Shown here one piece after another: positions 56,205 through 64,000 of a stretch of DNA of 64,000 nucleotides; within the stretch, counting starts at the first letter, position 1; each line of letters begins with the position of its first letter. The notes under the pieces were generated by a model that was given only the letters and a program-made list of their open reading frames with translations, made no database searches and was not told where the DNA came from. The DNA is from a virus (Duplodnaviria; Heunggongvirae; Uroviricota; Caudoviricetes), in the IMG/VR virus record IMGVR_UViG_3300026549_001031; one strand, given 5' to 3'. The position numbers and the translations under genes are program-made.

Positions 56205-56278
56205 ATATGCATTGAATGGAGCATTGAAATATAATAAAAAGAATTTTTAATTTCTTTGTTTAGCAGGAGGATTGTGGA

Positions 56279-57049
56279 ATGTTTGCATGTGAATTATATT
56301 TAGACGATTGCTTTAAGAGAATGGAACAGCTAATTTCAGAGGGTAGACAAGTGGATGCTATTATCTGTGACGTACCTTATAATATAGGCATAGCTGATTG
56401 GGATACAAGCTTTGATGTAGAAAAGGCATTGAAATTGTGTTATCAGTTACTTAAAGAAAATGGTAACATCATTATATTTCAGGGTTGGAGTGAAGTATGC
56501 AAGACAATAGACATTATGAATAAATTGTTTACTCCTATGAACTGGATAATTTGGGACAGGGTCAAGGGGCGTGGAGCATCTAAAAATCTTGTTTCTACAA
56601 GAGAGGATATTTTGTGGTACTGCAAGGGAGAAAATGCAACATTTCATAAACAAATGTCTAACATAGTTAAGAAGACATCTGGCATGGGTGATAAGAATGG
56701 AATGGATACAAGAGCACTAACTAATGTTTGGTATGACATAGGATCATTGGTGCCTTGGTCACCTGAAAGTGAAGAGGGCAAGAATAGTAATGGAGATAGA
56801 CATCCTTCACAAAAACCTGTTGAACTTATGGAAAGGTGTATTAAGCTTTGGACAAGTCCTATGGATACAGTGTTAGATTTTACAATGGGCACTGGAACAA
56901 CAGGTGTGGCATGTAGAAACTTAAACAGAAACTTTATAGGTATTGAGAAAGACAATGAGTGGTTTAGTATTGCACAGAGAAGAATAAACAATACAGAGAG
57001 TGAAAACAGCAATGCAGAGGATGATGTTTATGATGGACTCGACTTTTAG
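56279..57049 (+). CDS. orphan N6-adenine/N4-cytosine DNA methyltransferase (beta class)
   Basis: CDVPYN motif IV, HPSQKP, LDFTMGTGTTG motif I, IGIEKD. Confidence 0.9.
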   Translation: MFACELYLDDCFKRMEQLISEGRQVDAIICDVPYNIGIADWDTSFDVEKALKLCYQLLKENGNIIIFQGWSEVCKTIDIMNKLFTPMNWIIWDRVKGRGASKNLVSTREDILWYCKGENATFHKQMSNIVKKTSGMGDKNGMDTRALTNVWYDIGSLVPWSPESEEGKNSNGDRHPSQKPVELMERCIKLWTSPMDTVLDFTMGTGTTGVACRNLNRNFIGIEKDNEWFSIAQRRINNTESENSNAEDDVYDGLDF

Positions 57050-57065
57050 AGACTGATACATAGAC

Positions 57066-57094
57066 TTGATATTTTCAATAAAATGTGATATAAT
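57066..57094 (+). promoter_or_regulatory. sigma-A promoter, copy 3 of shared 29-bp promoter
   Basis: identical to 45018-45046. Confidence 0.75.
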
Positions 57095-57113
57095 ATAAGA
57101 AAAGGAGTTATAC

Positions 57114-58538
57114 ATGAGTGAGGAATTAAAATTTACAGTAAAACAAATTAAAAGCATACCTGGAGAAGTTGTAGCATTGTCATCAATGTTTTATACAGAG
57201 GGTTTTGAAATATATGCAGTGGGTGGTTGTGTAAGAGACTTATACTTAAATAGAACACCACATGATTGGGATTTATGTACAAGTGCAAAACCTGAACAGA
57301 CAATGGAAGTGTTGAAGAAATTTGGAGTATCGTTTACTACAGTAGGTATTGAGTTTGGTACAGTGGAGGCTCAGTGGAATGGCAGTGAGTTTGAAATCAC
57401 AACTTTCAGAAAAGATGGTGATTACAGTGACAGCAGACATCCTGATGTAGTGGAATACAGTACAAATGTATACGACGACTTACAGAGAAGAGACTTCACC
57501 ATTAACTCAATTGCTTATGACTGTGTAAGAAATAAGTTTATAACATTGGATGGTGCAGTGAGTGACCTTAATAATAGGGTATTGCGTTGTGTAGGAGATC
57601 CTGACAAGAGGTTTAAAGAGGATCCTTTAAGAATTTTACGTGCACTCAGGTTTAAGACAGTGCTTGGATTAAGTATTAAGAGTGAGACATCTGATAAAAT
57701 GCATGAACTTAAAGATTTGTTAACTACAGTATCAAAGGAAAGAGTGACAGATGAGTTTAGAAAGATGCTTAGTACAAGAGCATCAATTAAGGAAGGTTTC
57801 ATGGAATATCATGATGTGATCTTTACTTTAATTCATGAACTACAGCAATGTTTTGAATTTGATCAGAGAAACAAGTATCATACACATGATGTTTATGAGC
57901 ATATGCTTTATGTAGCAGACTACTGCAATACTTATATTGATATGCAGTGGTGTGATAAAGAAAAGACCTTTGTAATCAGACTTGCTGGTTTATTGCATGA
58001 CATTGGTAAACCCGATTGCTTCACTATGGATGAAAATGGGCAGGGTCATTTTTATAAACATCCTGTGAGATCAGCAGAGATATGTAAGGTGATGCTTAAA
58101 AAGAATTTCAGACTTACACTGGAAGAATACAATGAAGTCATGGGATTAGTAGAATACCATGACATGGACTTAGGGGATACACCTAAGGCAGTTAAGAGGG
58201 CAATGAATAAGTTTGGGGTCGACTTTATGAAAATGTGGTGTGTCATTAAGCAGGCAGATAAGAATGATCATGTAAATGTGAATGGCATTATGCCTAATGC
58301 AGATATAATTAGAAATGAGATTGATAGCATAGTTGAGGATGGGCAGTGTTTTTCTCTTAAGGACCTTGCTATTTCAGGTGATACAGTTATGAGTTTATTA
58401 GGTATTAGACCTGGTAAGACAGTGGGATTGATATTACAAACATTATTGTCAGAAGTAATAGATGATAAGATTGAGAATGATCCTGAAGTGTTAAAGGGCA
58501 GGGCATTGGAGTTATTTGGAGAGGACATTTCAAAATGA
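57114..58538 (+). CDS. cca: CCA tRNA nucleotidyltransferase with HD domain
   Basis: VGGCVRD, HDWDL, EITTFR, DLQRRDFTINSIA, EDPLRILRALRF, SKERV, LLHDIGKP. Confidence 0.93.
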   Translation: MSEELKFTVKQIKSIPGEVVALSSMFYTEGFEIYAVGGCVRDLYLNRTPHDWDLCTSAKPEQTMEVLKKFGVSFTTVGIEFGTVEAQWNGSEFEITTFRKDGDYSDSRHPDVVEYSTNVYDDLQRRDFTINSIAYDCVRNKFITLDGAVSDLNNRVLRCVGDPDKRFKEDPLRILRALRFKTVLGLSIKSETSDKMHELKDLLTTVSKERVTDEFRKMLSTRASIKEGFMEYHDVIFTLIHELQQCFEFDQRNKYHTHDVYEHMLYVADYCNTYIDMQWCDKEKTFVIRLAGLLHDIGKPDCFTMDENGQGHFYKHPVRSAEICKVMLKKNFRLTLEEYNEVMGLVEYHDMDLGDTPKAVKRAMNKFGVDFMKMWCVIKQADKNDHVNVNGIMPNADIIRNEIDSIVEDGQCFSLKDLAISGDTVMSLLGIRPGKTVGLILQTLLSEVIDDKIENDPEVLKGRALELFGEDISK

Positions 58539-59701
58539 GTTTAGGAATACTTGAGGAAGATCAGACACTAACTTATTATAGTGTATTTCATATGAGAGTA
58601 AGTGATATACATGACAATGTAGGCTACTTACTTGCTGGGGATTCACTAAATATAAGGCTTGAGGGCATTGAGAATATAAGAGATACACTTAATAAAGAAA
58701 GGTTTATCTTATGTGCATATGAGGAGACTGATGGAAATATCAGGTATGCATCTGGAGATGTAAAAACAGCAGTAGTGTTTGGATATCTGATAGACATTGG
58801 TGTTAAGTGTGAGAACATATTGGTAAGTTACACTACATTTTCAGGTAAACCTGCTGGTATAGTATTCGATATTGATGGCAGACCACGATTGGGTCATGGA
58901 GAGGTCAAGTTTAATGACATTGTAACAGATATGATGCTTAGACAGACATTAACAACATATTCATTAAAAAAGATGGGCGTTCTTAATAATTTTCAAAATA
59001 AACAGAAAATGATGGATATAATAGATTTATGTACTGAAGAAGTTTATAGTCTTAACAAAGACATAGTAATGCATGAGTTAATTAGATTAAGGCATAACAT
59101 TGAGACAAGTAAGACACCATCATATAAAGTTGAGGCTATTGATAAATCAATAAGACTTTTGAGAAATTCAACCTACACAAGGGAAGGCTTATCACTACTG
59201 CATAACAACATTTGTATGTTGCTAACACGTATGAAATCAGGTAGAGCAGAGGATGCAGGGTTAGCAGACATACTCGAAAAGATTCATAGGGCAACACTAA
59301 TGAGTCTTGGTACATTTGTAGTGTGGAGAGTGTCTAAGAAACGAGATGAAGAAAGATTGAATATGTCAGCTAATTTGAGTGCAATTACAGGGTTTAGAGG
59401 TAATAAAGCAACCTATAAAAAGGCATTTGACATATCAAAATTGTATGAAGTCAACGGGTTTAATGAGATAATCATTCATGGCAAGTTTATTTGTAATGAG
59501 TTAAATCATAGAACATTGCTGGAATTACAGCGGACATTACTAGATAATGAGTTGCACCTAATATCTGTAGTAAGAGACACACCAATGTATGGTGATACCG
59601 ATTATATGATTATATTTACACAGAATAAGGATGCAATCAGCATAATTAACAAAACATTTGCAGGGATATATGAAATTTCAGACATAAGGAGTAACTTATG
59701 A
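58535..59701 (+). CDS. hypothetical protein, paralog 1 of 3
   Basis: 388 aa; LIDIGVKCENILV motif shared with next two ORFs. Confidence 0.7.
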   Translation: MSLGILEEDQTLTYYSVFHMRVSDIHDNVGYLLAGDSLNIRLEGIENIRDTLNKERFILCAYEETDGNIRYASGDVKTAVVFGYLIDIGVKCENILVSYTTFSGKPAGIVFDIDGRPRLGHGEVKFNDIVTDMMLRQTLTTYSLKKMGVLNNFQNKQKMMDIIDLCTEEVYSLNKDIVMHELIRLRHNIETSKTPSYKVEAIDKSIRLLRNSTYTREGLSLLHNNICMLLTRMKSGRAEDAGLADILEKIHRATLMSLGTFVVWRVSKKRDEERLNMSANLSAITGFRGNKATYKKAFDISKLYEVNGFNEIIIHGKFICNELNHRTLLELQRTLLDNELHLISVVRDTPMYGDTDYMIIFTQNKDAISIINKTFAGIYEISDIRSNL

Positions 59702-60807
59702 TACTTGATGAAAAGGATTTGAGTACCACAATTATAAGTAAACCTGGGTTAAGCGTAGCTAGCATAAGCTTTCAAAGGGATAACTTTGAAATTGATGGAT
59801 ATGACATGTATTCTAAAAAGAGGGTAGACATTGATGGTTTAGTTGATATCATACAGAATGGAACATGTGTACTTGTTAGGGTGGATGCAATACTTTCTAA
59901 TTTTGATATGTTTAACTTCTGGTTAAAGATAACTGACCTGTTATTAAAAAAGGGTGTGGCAGCAGAGAAAATCATGATCTGTAGTGCTTTGCATATTTTA
60001 AATAAGAATACTCCTGAAAGAATATACAGTGACATGTTAATTGATAGGCTAATACTTACTGATTATTTTGAAACAGATAGTATTGAGATTAGACTATACA
60101 CATTAGGAGTATTAACATATATAAAATGGTGTGGGGCATGGTCATTAGATTATGCACATGTTATGAATTTGGAGTTACTCAAACACTATGTGTTTGCTAA
60201 TTCAGATTGCTTGTTACATCAGGTAAATACATTATATGATGATGCAGTTGAACATAGTAAACAAAATGGATTTTTTGATACTGAAGTAAACACATTTAGA
60301 ATGTTGAAGTCAGTATTCAAGTGTGGGGGTTGTACAGAGGATATAATCAATTTCAACTCTAATATCATATCAGCATTAAAGGTATTGGCATTGAATATTA
60401 ATTCATCAGTAGAGAGTACAGTAGATGATTACACTAGTGATGTAGCATACACAATGTTTAGATTGCTATGTAACATTGATTCAATAGAAAGAGCAATTCC
60501 TACAATGAAAATGTTTCCTAGCATGTTGAGCACTGGTAAGAAAGTGTTAATGCCTATATTAAATTTTAATACACGATTTATGTATTCAGATATACCTTAT
60601 TGTAAAAAGGTAGTTGCAGTAAGGAATATGGACATATTTAAGAACTATAACGCTGGAGAATATAATTTTGATCATCTTGTAAAAGAGTTATATGCAATGT
60701 ATAATAAGGGGTGCTATGTGAAAGAATTGTCTTGGACATCTTCAAGTTTCATAACATTGGATAAAGAGTGTAACATAGACAGATCAATTAGTCTGGCATT
60801 TGTGTGA
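59698..60807 (+). CDS. hypothetical protein, paralog 2 of 3
   Basis: 369 aa; LLKKGVAAEKIMI. Confidence 0.7.
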   Translation: MILDEKDLSTTIISKPGLSVASISFQRDNFEIDGYDMYSKKRVDIDGLVDIIQNGTCVLVRVDAILSNFDMFNFWLKITDLLLKKGVAAEKIMICSALHILNKNTPERIYSDMLIDRLILTDYFETDSIEIRLYTLGVLTYIKWCGAWSLDYAHVMNLELLKHYVFANSDCLLHQVNTLYDDAVEHSKQNGFFDTEVNTFRMLKSVFKCGGCTEDIINFNSNIISALKVLALNINSSVESTVDDYTSDVAYTMFRLLCNIDSIERAIPTMKMFPSMLSTGKKVLMPILNFNTRFMYSDIPYCKKVVAVRNMDIFKNYNAGEYNFDHLVKELYAMYNKGCYVKELSWTSSSFITLDKECNIDRSISLAFV

Positions 60808-60826
60808 GATATAGTGCTTAGGAAGT

Positions 60827-61948
60827 TTGGTAATAAGAAGTATGAGTAAGGATAATATGCATTTACATGTAGACAATTTAATTATTAGGAGAGGCAATAC
60901 AAGATTAACAAATCATATATTTACAATTAATTACACTAATAGAACTTATGGTGTCAATATAAATGGGGATGATGCAGTGTATATTACACCTGATATAGAA
61001 GAATGTACATTGAATGACTTGATATATACATGCAAGAGAGTAAGAAGTTACAAAAAATGCATGATATTGAGCAGTGTTTACATGGAGGCACAACCTGATG
61101 ATTATGACTTGTTTGTGCTGCTAGCATATGAATTAATAAAGAGTGGCATTGATATAGATGACGTAGTCATGTTTGACTCATATCATTTAAGAAACTTCAA
61201 GACATCAGATGGTATTGTCAAAGACAGTGTAGATCAATATGAACTCTTAGAAGCAAAGTTCTATACACTTATTGTGTTTAGTACAGCTAGGTTATGGGGA
61301 GGTAACGTTAAGGAAAAAGCAATTAGAACACTAGTTGAAATTGCTAATCATTATATTTACTCTAATGCAGACGTAATAATGAGTGAGATAGACAGGGAAA
61401 GAAAACTGAATCTACCATTGTTCATGGAGAAAACAAAAAAGGATAATGAGGGATTAGCAGAGATAATAAAAGGAGAGGCATTGATAGATGATCCTGATAT
61501 GTTAAATTTAGCAGCTACAATTCTAAAACAAGCATGTGGGTCTAACAAAAGTAAAAGAGAAAAGATTGGAGATAAATACATCACTAATGCATATATACAG
61601 ATATTAAATGCTTATAGAGCATTATTAGACACAAGTGTCATGAGAATACTATGTGACTTTACAAATGATAAACTCTACAATATCATTACAGATAGTACAT
61701 TCAATGCAATGTTTATGGGTATTAGAGGTTGCATATGTTTATTGGATAGAGATGCAATAAACAGAAATGAGATATACAGTAGATTATATAGGTTGTACAG
61801 TAGGCATGTTTATGTTGGACAGTTAGAATTAGGGGTAGCTTATGTAGTAACAAATGATGATACAGTAGATATTGTGATGGAGGCACTCAGAGAGTTTGGG
61901 ATAGGCAATGTGAGTGAGGAAAAATATAAAATGCCATTATTATTTTAA
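60827..61948 (+). CDS. hypothetical protein, paralog 3 of 3
   Basis: 373 aa; LIKSGIDIDDVVM. Confidence 0.7.
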   Translation: MVIRSMSKDNMHLHVDNLIIRRGNTRLTNHIFTINYTNRTYGVNINGDDAVYITPDIEECTLNDLIYTCKRVRSYKKCMILSSVYMEAQPDDYDLFVLLAYELIKSGIDIDDVVMFDSYHLRNFKTSDGIVKDSVDQYELLEAKFYTLIVFSTARLWGGNVKEKAIRTLVEIANHYIYSNADVIMSEIDRERKLNLPLFMEKTKKDNEGLAEIIKGEALIDDPDMLNLAATILKQACGSNKSKREKIGDKYITNAYIQILNAYRALLDTSVMRILCDFTNDKLYNIITDSTFNAMFMGIRGCICLLDRDAINRNEIYSRLYRLYSRHVYVGQLELGVAYVVTNDDTVDIVMEALREFGIGNVSEEKYKMPLLF

Positions 61949-61968
61949 AGTAGGACAGGAGGACAATT

Positions 61969-63660
61969 ATGTTAGAGATTAAAGGAAAGAATAATACTTG
62001 TAAGGTTTTTACTGATGTCATTGATAGTGCAACAGTTGGGCAGTTGACTAGTTTAATGAATACAGAGGCAGTTAAGGGTAGTACAGTAAGAATTATGAGT
62101 GACTGTCATGCTGGAGCAGGTTCTGTCATTGGAACAACTATGACATTACATGATAAGGTAATACCTAACCTGGTTGGGGTGGACATTGGTTGTTTTACAG
62201 GAGATACAAAGGTGTTTACAGCTAGTGGCTCATGGGCAAAGATTAAAGACCTTGTGGATAAGGGAGTATTCACAGTAGATTCCTATGATACAGAGACTAG
62301 AAGTTTTGTGACAAGTAAAGCAGTAGCAAAGAAAACAAGAGAAAATGCACAGCTTGTTAAGGTAGTGTATCATACAGTATCAAGTATCAATGAGAAGCAG
62401 TTTGAAGTTTACTGTACACCTGATCATAAGTTCTTGACCAGGGGGAATAATGGTGATGAGCATTGGGTTGAGGCAAGTCACTTAAGCTTGGGTATTGAGT
62501 TGGTATCAGAAGATTACAGAGTCATTGTTGATGATGTATGTAGTACAGATAGAGTAGAGGATGTGTACTGTTTAACAGTAGAGGATACACATAGTTTTCT
62601 TATTGAGGGCAGTGTAGTAGTTCACAATTGCGGAATGTTAGCAATTAAATTAAAGGAAAAGCGTATTGATTTTACTAAATTGGACAGTGTTATTAGAAAA
62701 TATGTACCTAGTGGAAAAGAGAGCAACAGTGAGTCTAAAGAGGACAGAACAAGTTTAGATGTTAGGGCATTAAGGTGTTTTGGTAAGACAGGGGCAGCAA
62801 TTAGAGAGGAACTTGCATATAGAAGTGTAGGTACACTGGGAGGTGGGAATCACTTCATTGAGATAGACAAGGATGCTCAGGGTTGTTTATGGTTGGTCAT
62901 TCATACTGGAAGCAGACAGCTTGGAATTGGAGTTTGCAAATATTATCAGGATTTAGCTTACATTAAGTTAAAAGATAAGTTCAATGGTGGCTCAAAGAAA
63001 GACAAGATGAATGAGATAATTGGCAGACTGAAGTCAGAGGGTAGACAGCAGGAGATTAGCAAGGAACTTGATAAGTTTAATAAAACATATAATGAAAAAC
63101 ATCCTCCTATTTCTCATGAGCTAGCATATGTAGAAGGCAGTGATTTTGATGATTACATTCATGATATGAAAATGGTGCAGGATCATGCATGTTGCAACAG
63201 GGCTGAAATTGCTAGAATCATACTTAAGAAAGCAAAGTTGCATGAGGTTGACAGGTTCGAGACAATCCATAACTATATTGATACAGAGAATATGATATTA
63301 AGAAAAGGAGCGATTAGTGCACAAGCAGGTGAAAGAGTGCTAATACCATTAAATATGAGAGATGGATCATTGATTTGTTTAGGTAAGGGCAATCCTGATT
63401 GGAACTACAGCGCACCTCATGGAGCAGGTCGTTTAATGAGCAGGGCACAGGCTAAAGAGAAAATTGCAGTGAAGGATTTTCAGAAAAGCATGGATGGAAT
63501 TTTCACTACTTGTGTAGGTAGAGGTACAATTGATGAAAGTCCGATGGCATATAAGCCAATGGAGAGTATCATTGAAAATATTGGAGATACAGTAGAAATT
63601 GTAGAGAGGATTTTACCTGTATACAATTTCAAGGCTGGCAGTGAGGATGAGGAGGAATAA
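61969..63660 (+). CDS. rtcB: RtcB RNA ligase interrupted by an intein
   Basis: MSDCHAG, VGVDIG|CGM, GTLGGGNHFIE, HTGSR, HNY, RKGA, SAPHGAGR, DESPMAYK. Confidence 0.95.
   Translation: MLEIKGKNNTCKVFTDVIDSATVGQLTSLMNTEAVKGSTVRIMSDCHAGAGSVIGTTMTLHDKVIPNLVGVDIGCFTGDTKVFTASGSWAKIKDLVDKGVFTVDSYDTETRSFVTSKAVAKKTRENAQLVKVVYHTVSSINEKQFEVYCTPDHKFLTRGNNGDEHWVEASHLSLGIELVSEDYRVIVDDVCSTDRVEDVYCLTVEDTHSFLIEGSVVVHNCGMLAIKLKEKRIDFTKLDSVIRKYVPSGKESNSESKEDRTSLDVRALRCFGKTGAAIREELAYRSVGTLGGGNHFIEIDKDAQGCLWLVIHTGSRQLGIGVCKYYQDLAYIKLKDKFNGGSKKDKMNEIIGRLKSEGRQQEISKELDKFNKTYNEKHPPISHELAYVEGSDFDDYIHDMKMVQDHACCNRAEIARIILKKAKLHEVDRFETIHNYIDTENMILRKGAISAQAGERVLIPLNMRDGSLICLGKGNPDWNYSAPHGAGRLMSRAQAKEKIAVKDFQKSMDGIFTTCVGRGTIDESPMAYKPMESIIENIGDTVEIVERILPVYNFKAGSEDEEE
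62191..62628 (+). mobile_element. 146-aa mini-intein in RtcB
   Basis: starts CFTGDT, block B CTPDHKF, block F DVYCLTV, ends VVHN before +1 Cys; no homing endonuclease motifs. Confidence 0.93.
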
Positions 63661-63661
63661 C

Positions 63662-63982
63662 ATGTCTAATTGGTGTAAAAACATGACAAAACCCAAGGCT
63701 GAGCAGCTCAGCCTTGGCAGACAATTTTGCAATTGGGCATATGATAATTGTTGGAAAATCATAGAGATTGTAGTGTGGACAGCTGTAAGTATTGGACTAT
63801 TGGTTTATGGAACATACTCGTCAACAGAAGCAAGAGATCAGTTAGTAAAATTTATGTGCTTGCTTGGGTTTATAACAGCACAGCCTATAGAAAGAGATGG
63901 GAATGGATATTATAAGTATAACAAAAATTATGCTAGATACATACCTTATATATTAGCTATTCTTACAATAAAGTGTTTGTAG
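63662..63982 (+). CDS. small membrane protein
   Basis: GAGGAGG RBS, hydrophobic segments. Confidence 0.6.
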   Translation: MSNWCKNMTKPKAEQLSLGRQFCNWAYDNCWKIIEIVVWTAVSIGLLVYGTYSSTEARDQLVKFMCLLGFITAQPIERDGNGYYKYNKNYARYIPYILAILTIKCL

Positions 63983-64000
63983 AAGTACAGAAAGGAAGTA

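Noticed and set aside
647-61584. Numerous minus-strand ORFs in the track
   Set aside because: They are antisense shadows of + strand genes (Ser/Leu/Ile/Phe-rich, no RBS); only the SASP gene is credible.
1-64000. Stop-codon reassignment
   Set aside because: Recognisable genes are full length in code 11, end in TAA, TAG and TGA, and no suppressor tRNA was seen.

Overview
AT-rich 64-kb segment of a very large mobile element, most likely a jumbo phage of a spore-forming Clostridia/Lachnospiraceae-like gut host. No capsid, terminase or tail genes lie in this window, so a megaplasmid-like element is not excluded. Essentially every gene is on the + strand; the only convincing exception is an alpha/beta SASP gene. 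The window is dominated by translation and RNA-maintenance functions: SmpB plus tmRNA plus a ClpA/C-type ATPase, an S1-domain protein, 17 canonical CCA-less tRNAs in four clusters, a CCA-adding enzyme, an intein-containing RtcB ligase, an RlaP-like pol-beta nucleotidyltransferase, several phosphoesterases, and a DUF2828 (TROVE/Ro60-like HEAT+vWA) protein. It also carries an NrtR-PncA-PncB-Nudix NAD-salvage operon plus a sirtuin, a GGDEF cyclase, MscS, cell-wall enzymes, a degenerate McrBC pair and a DNA methyltransferase. The most striking unannotated signal is a small RNA module (6-bp helix + YUACAGCAAU on one strand, helix + UGU on the other) found in four non-coding copies. Two copies sit in tandem in the DUF2828 leader. 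One sits inside a tRNA array and displays a tRNA-Lys anticodon stem-loop. The fourth is circularly permuted and replaces the anticodon loop of an otherwise perfect tRNA just downstream of DUF2828. Together these suggest a Ro60/Y-RNA-like ribonucleoprotein system. Further unexplained structured RNAs include a ~690-nt ornate RNA between tRNA-Gln and tmRNA, several tRNA mimics with rebuilt anticodon arms, and a ~21-bp-period iteron-like array. All family calls come from motif recognition by eye; no searches or folding programs were run.
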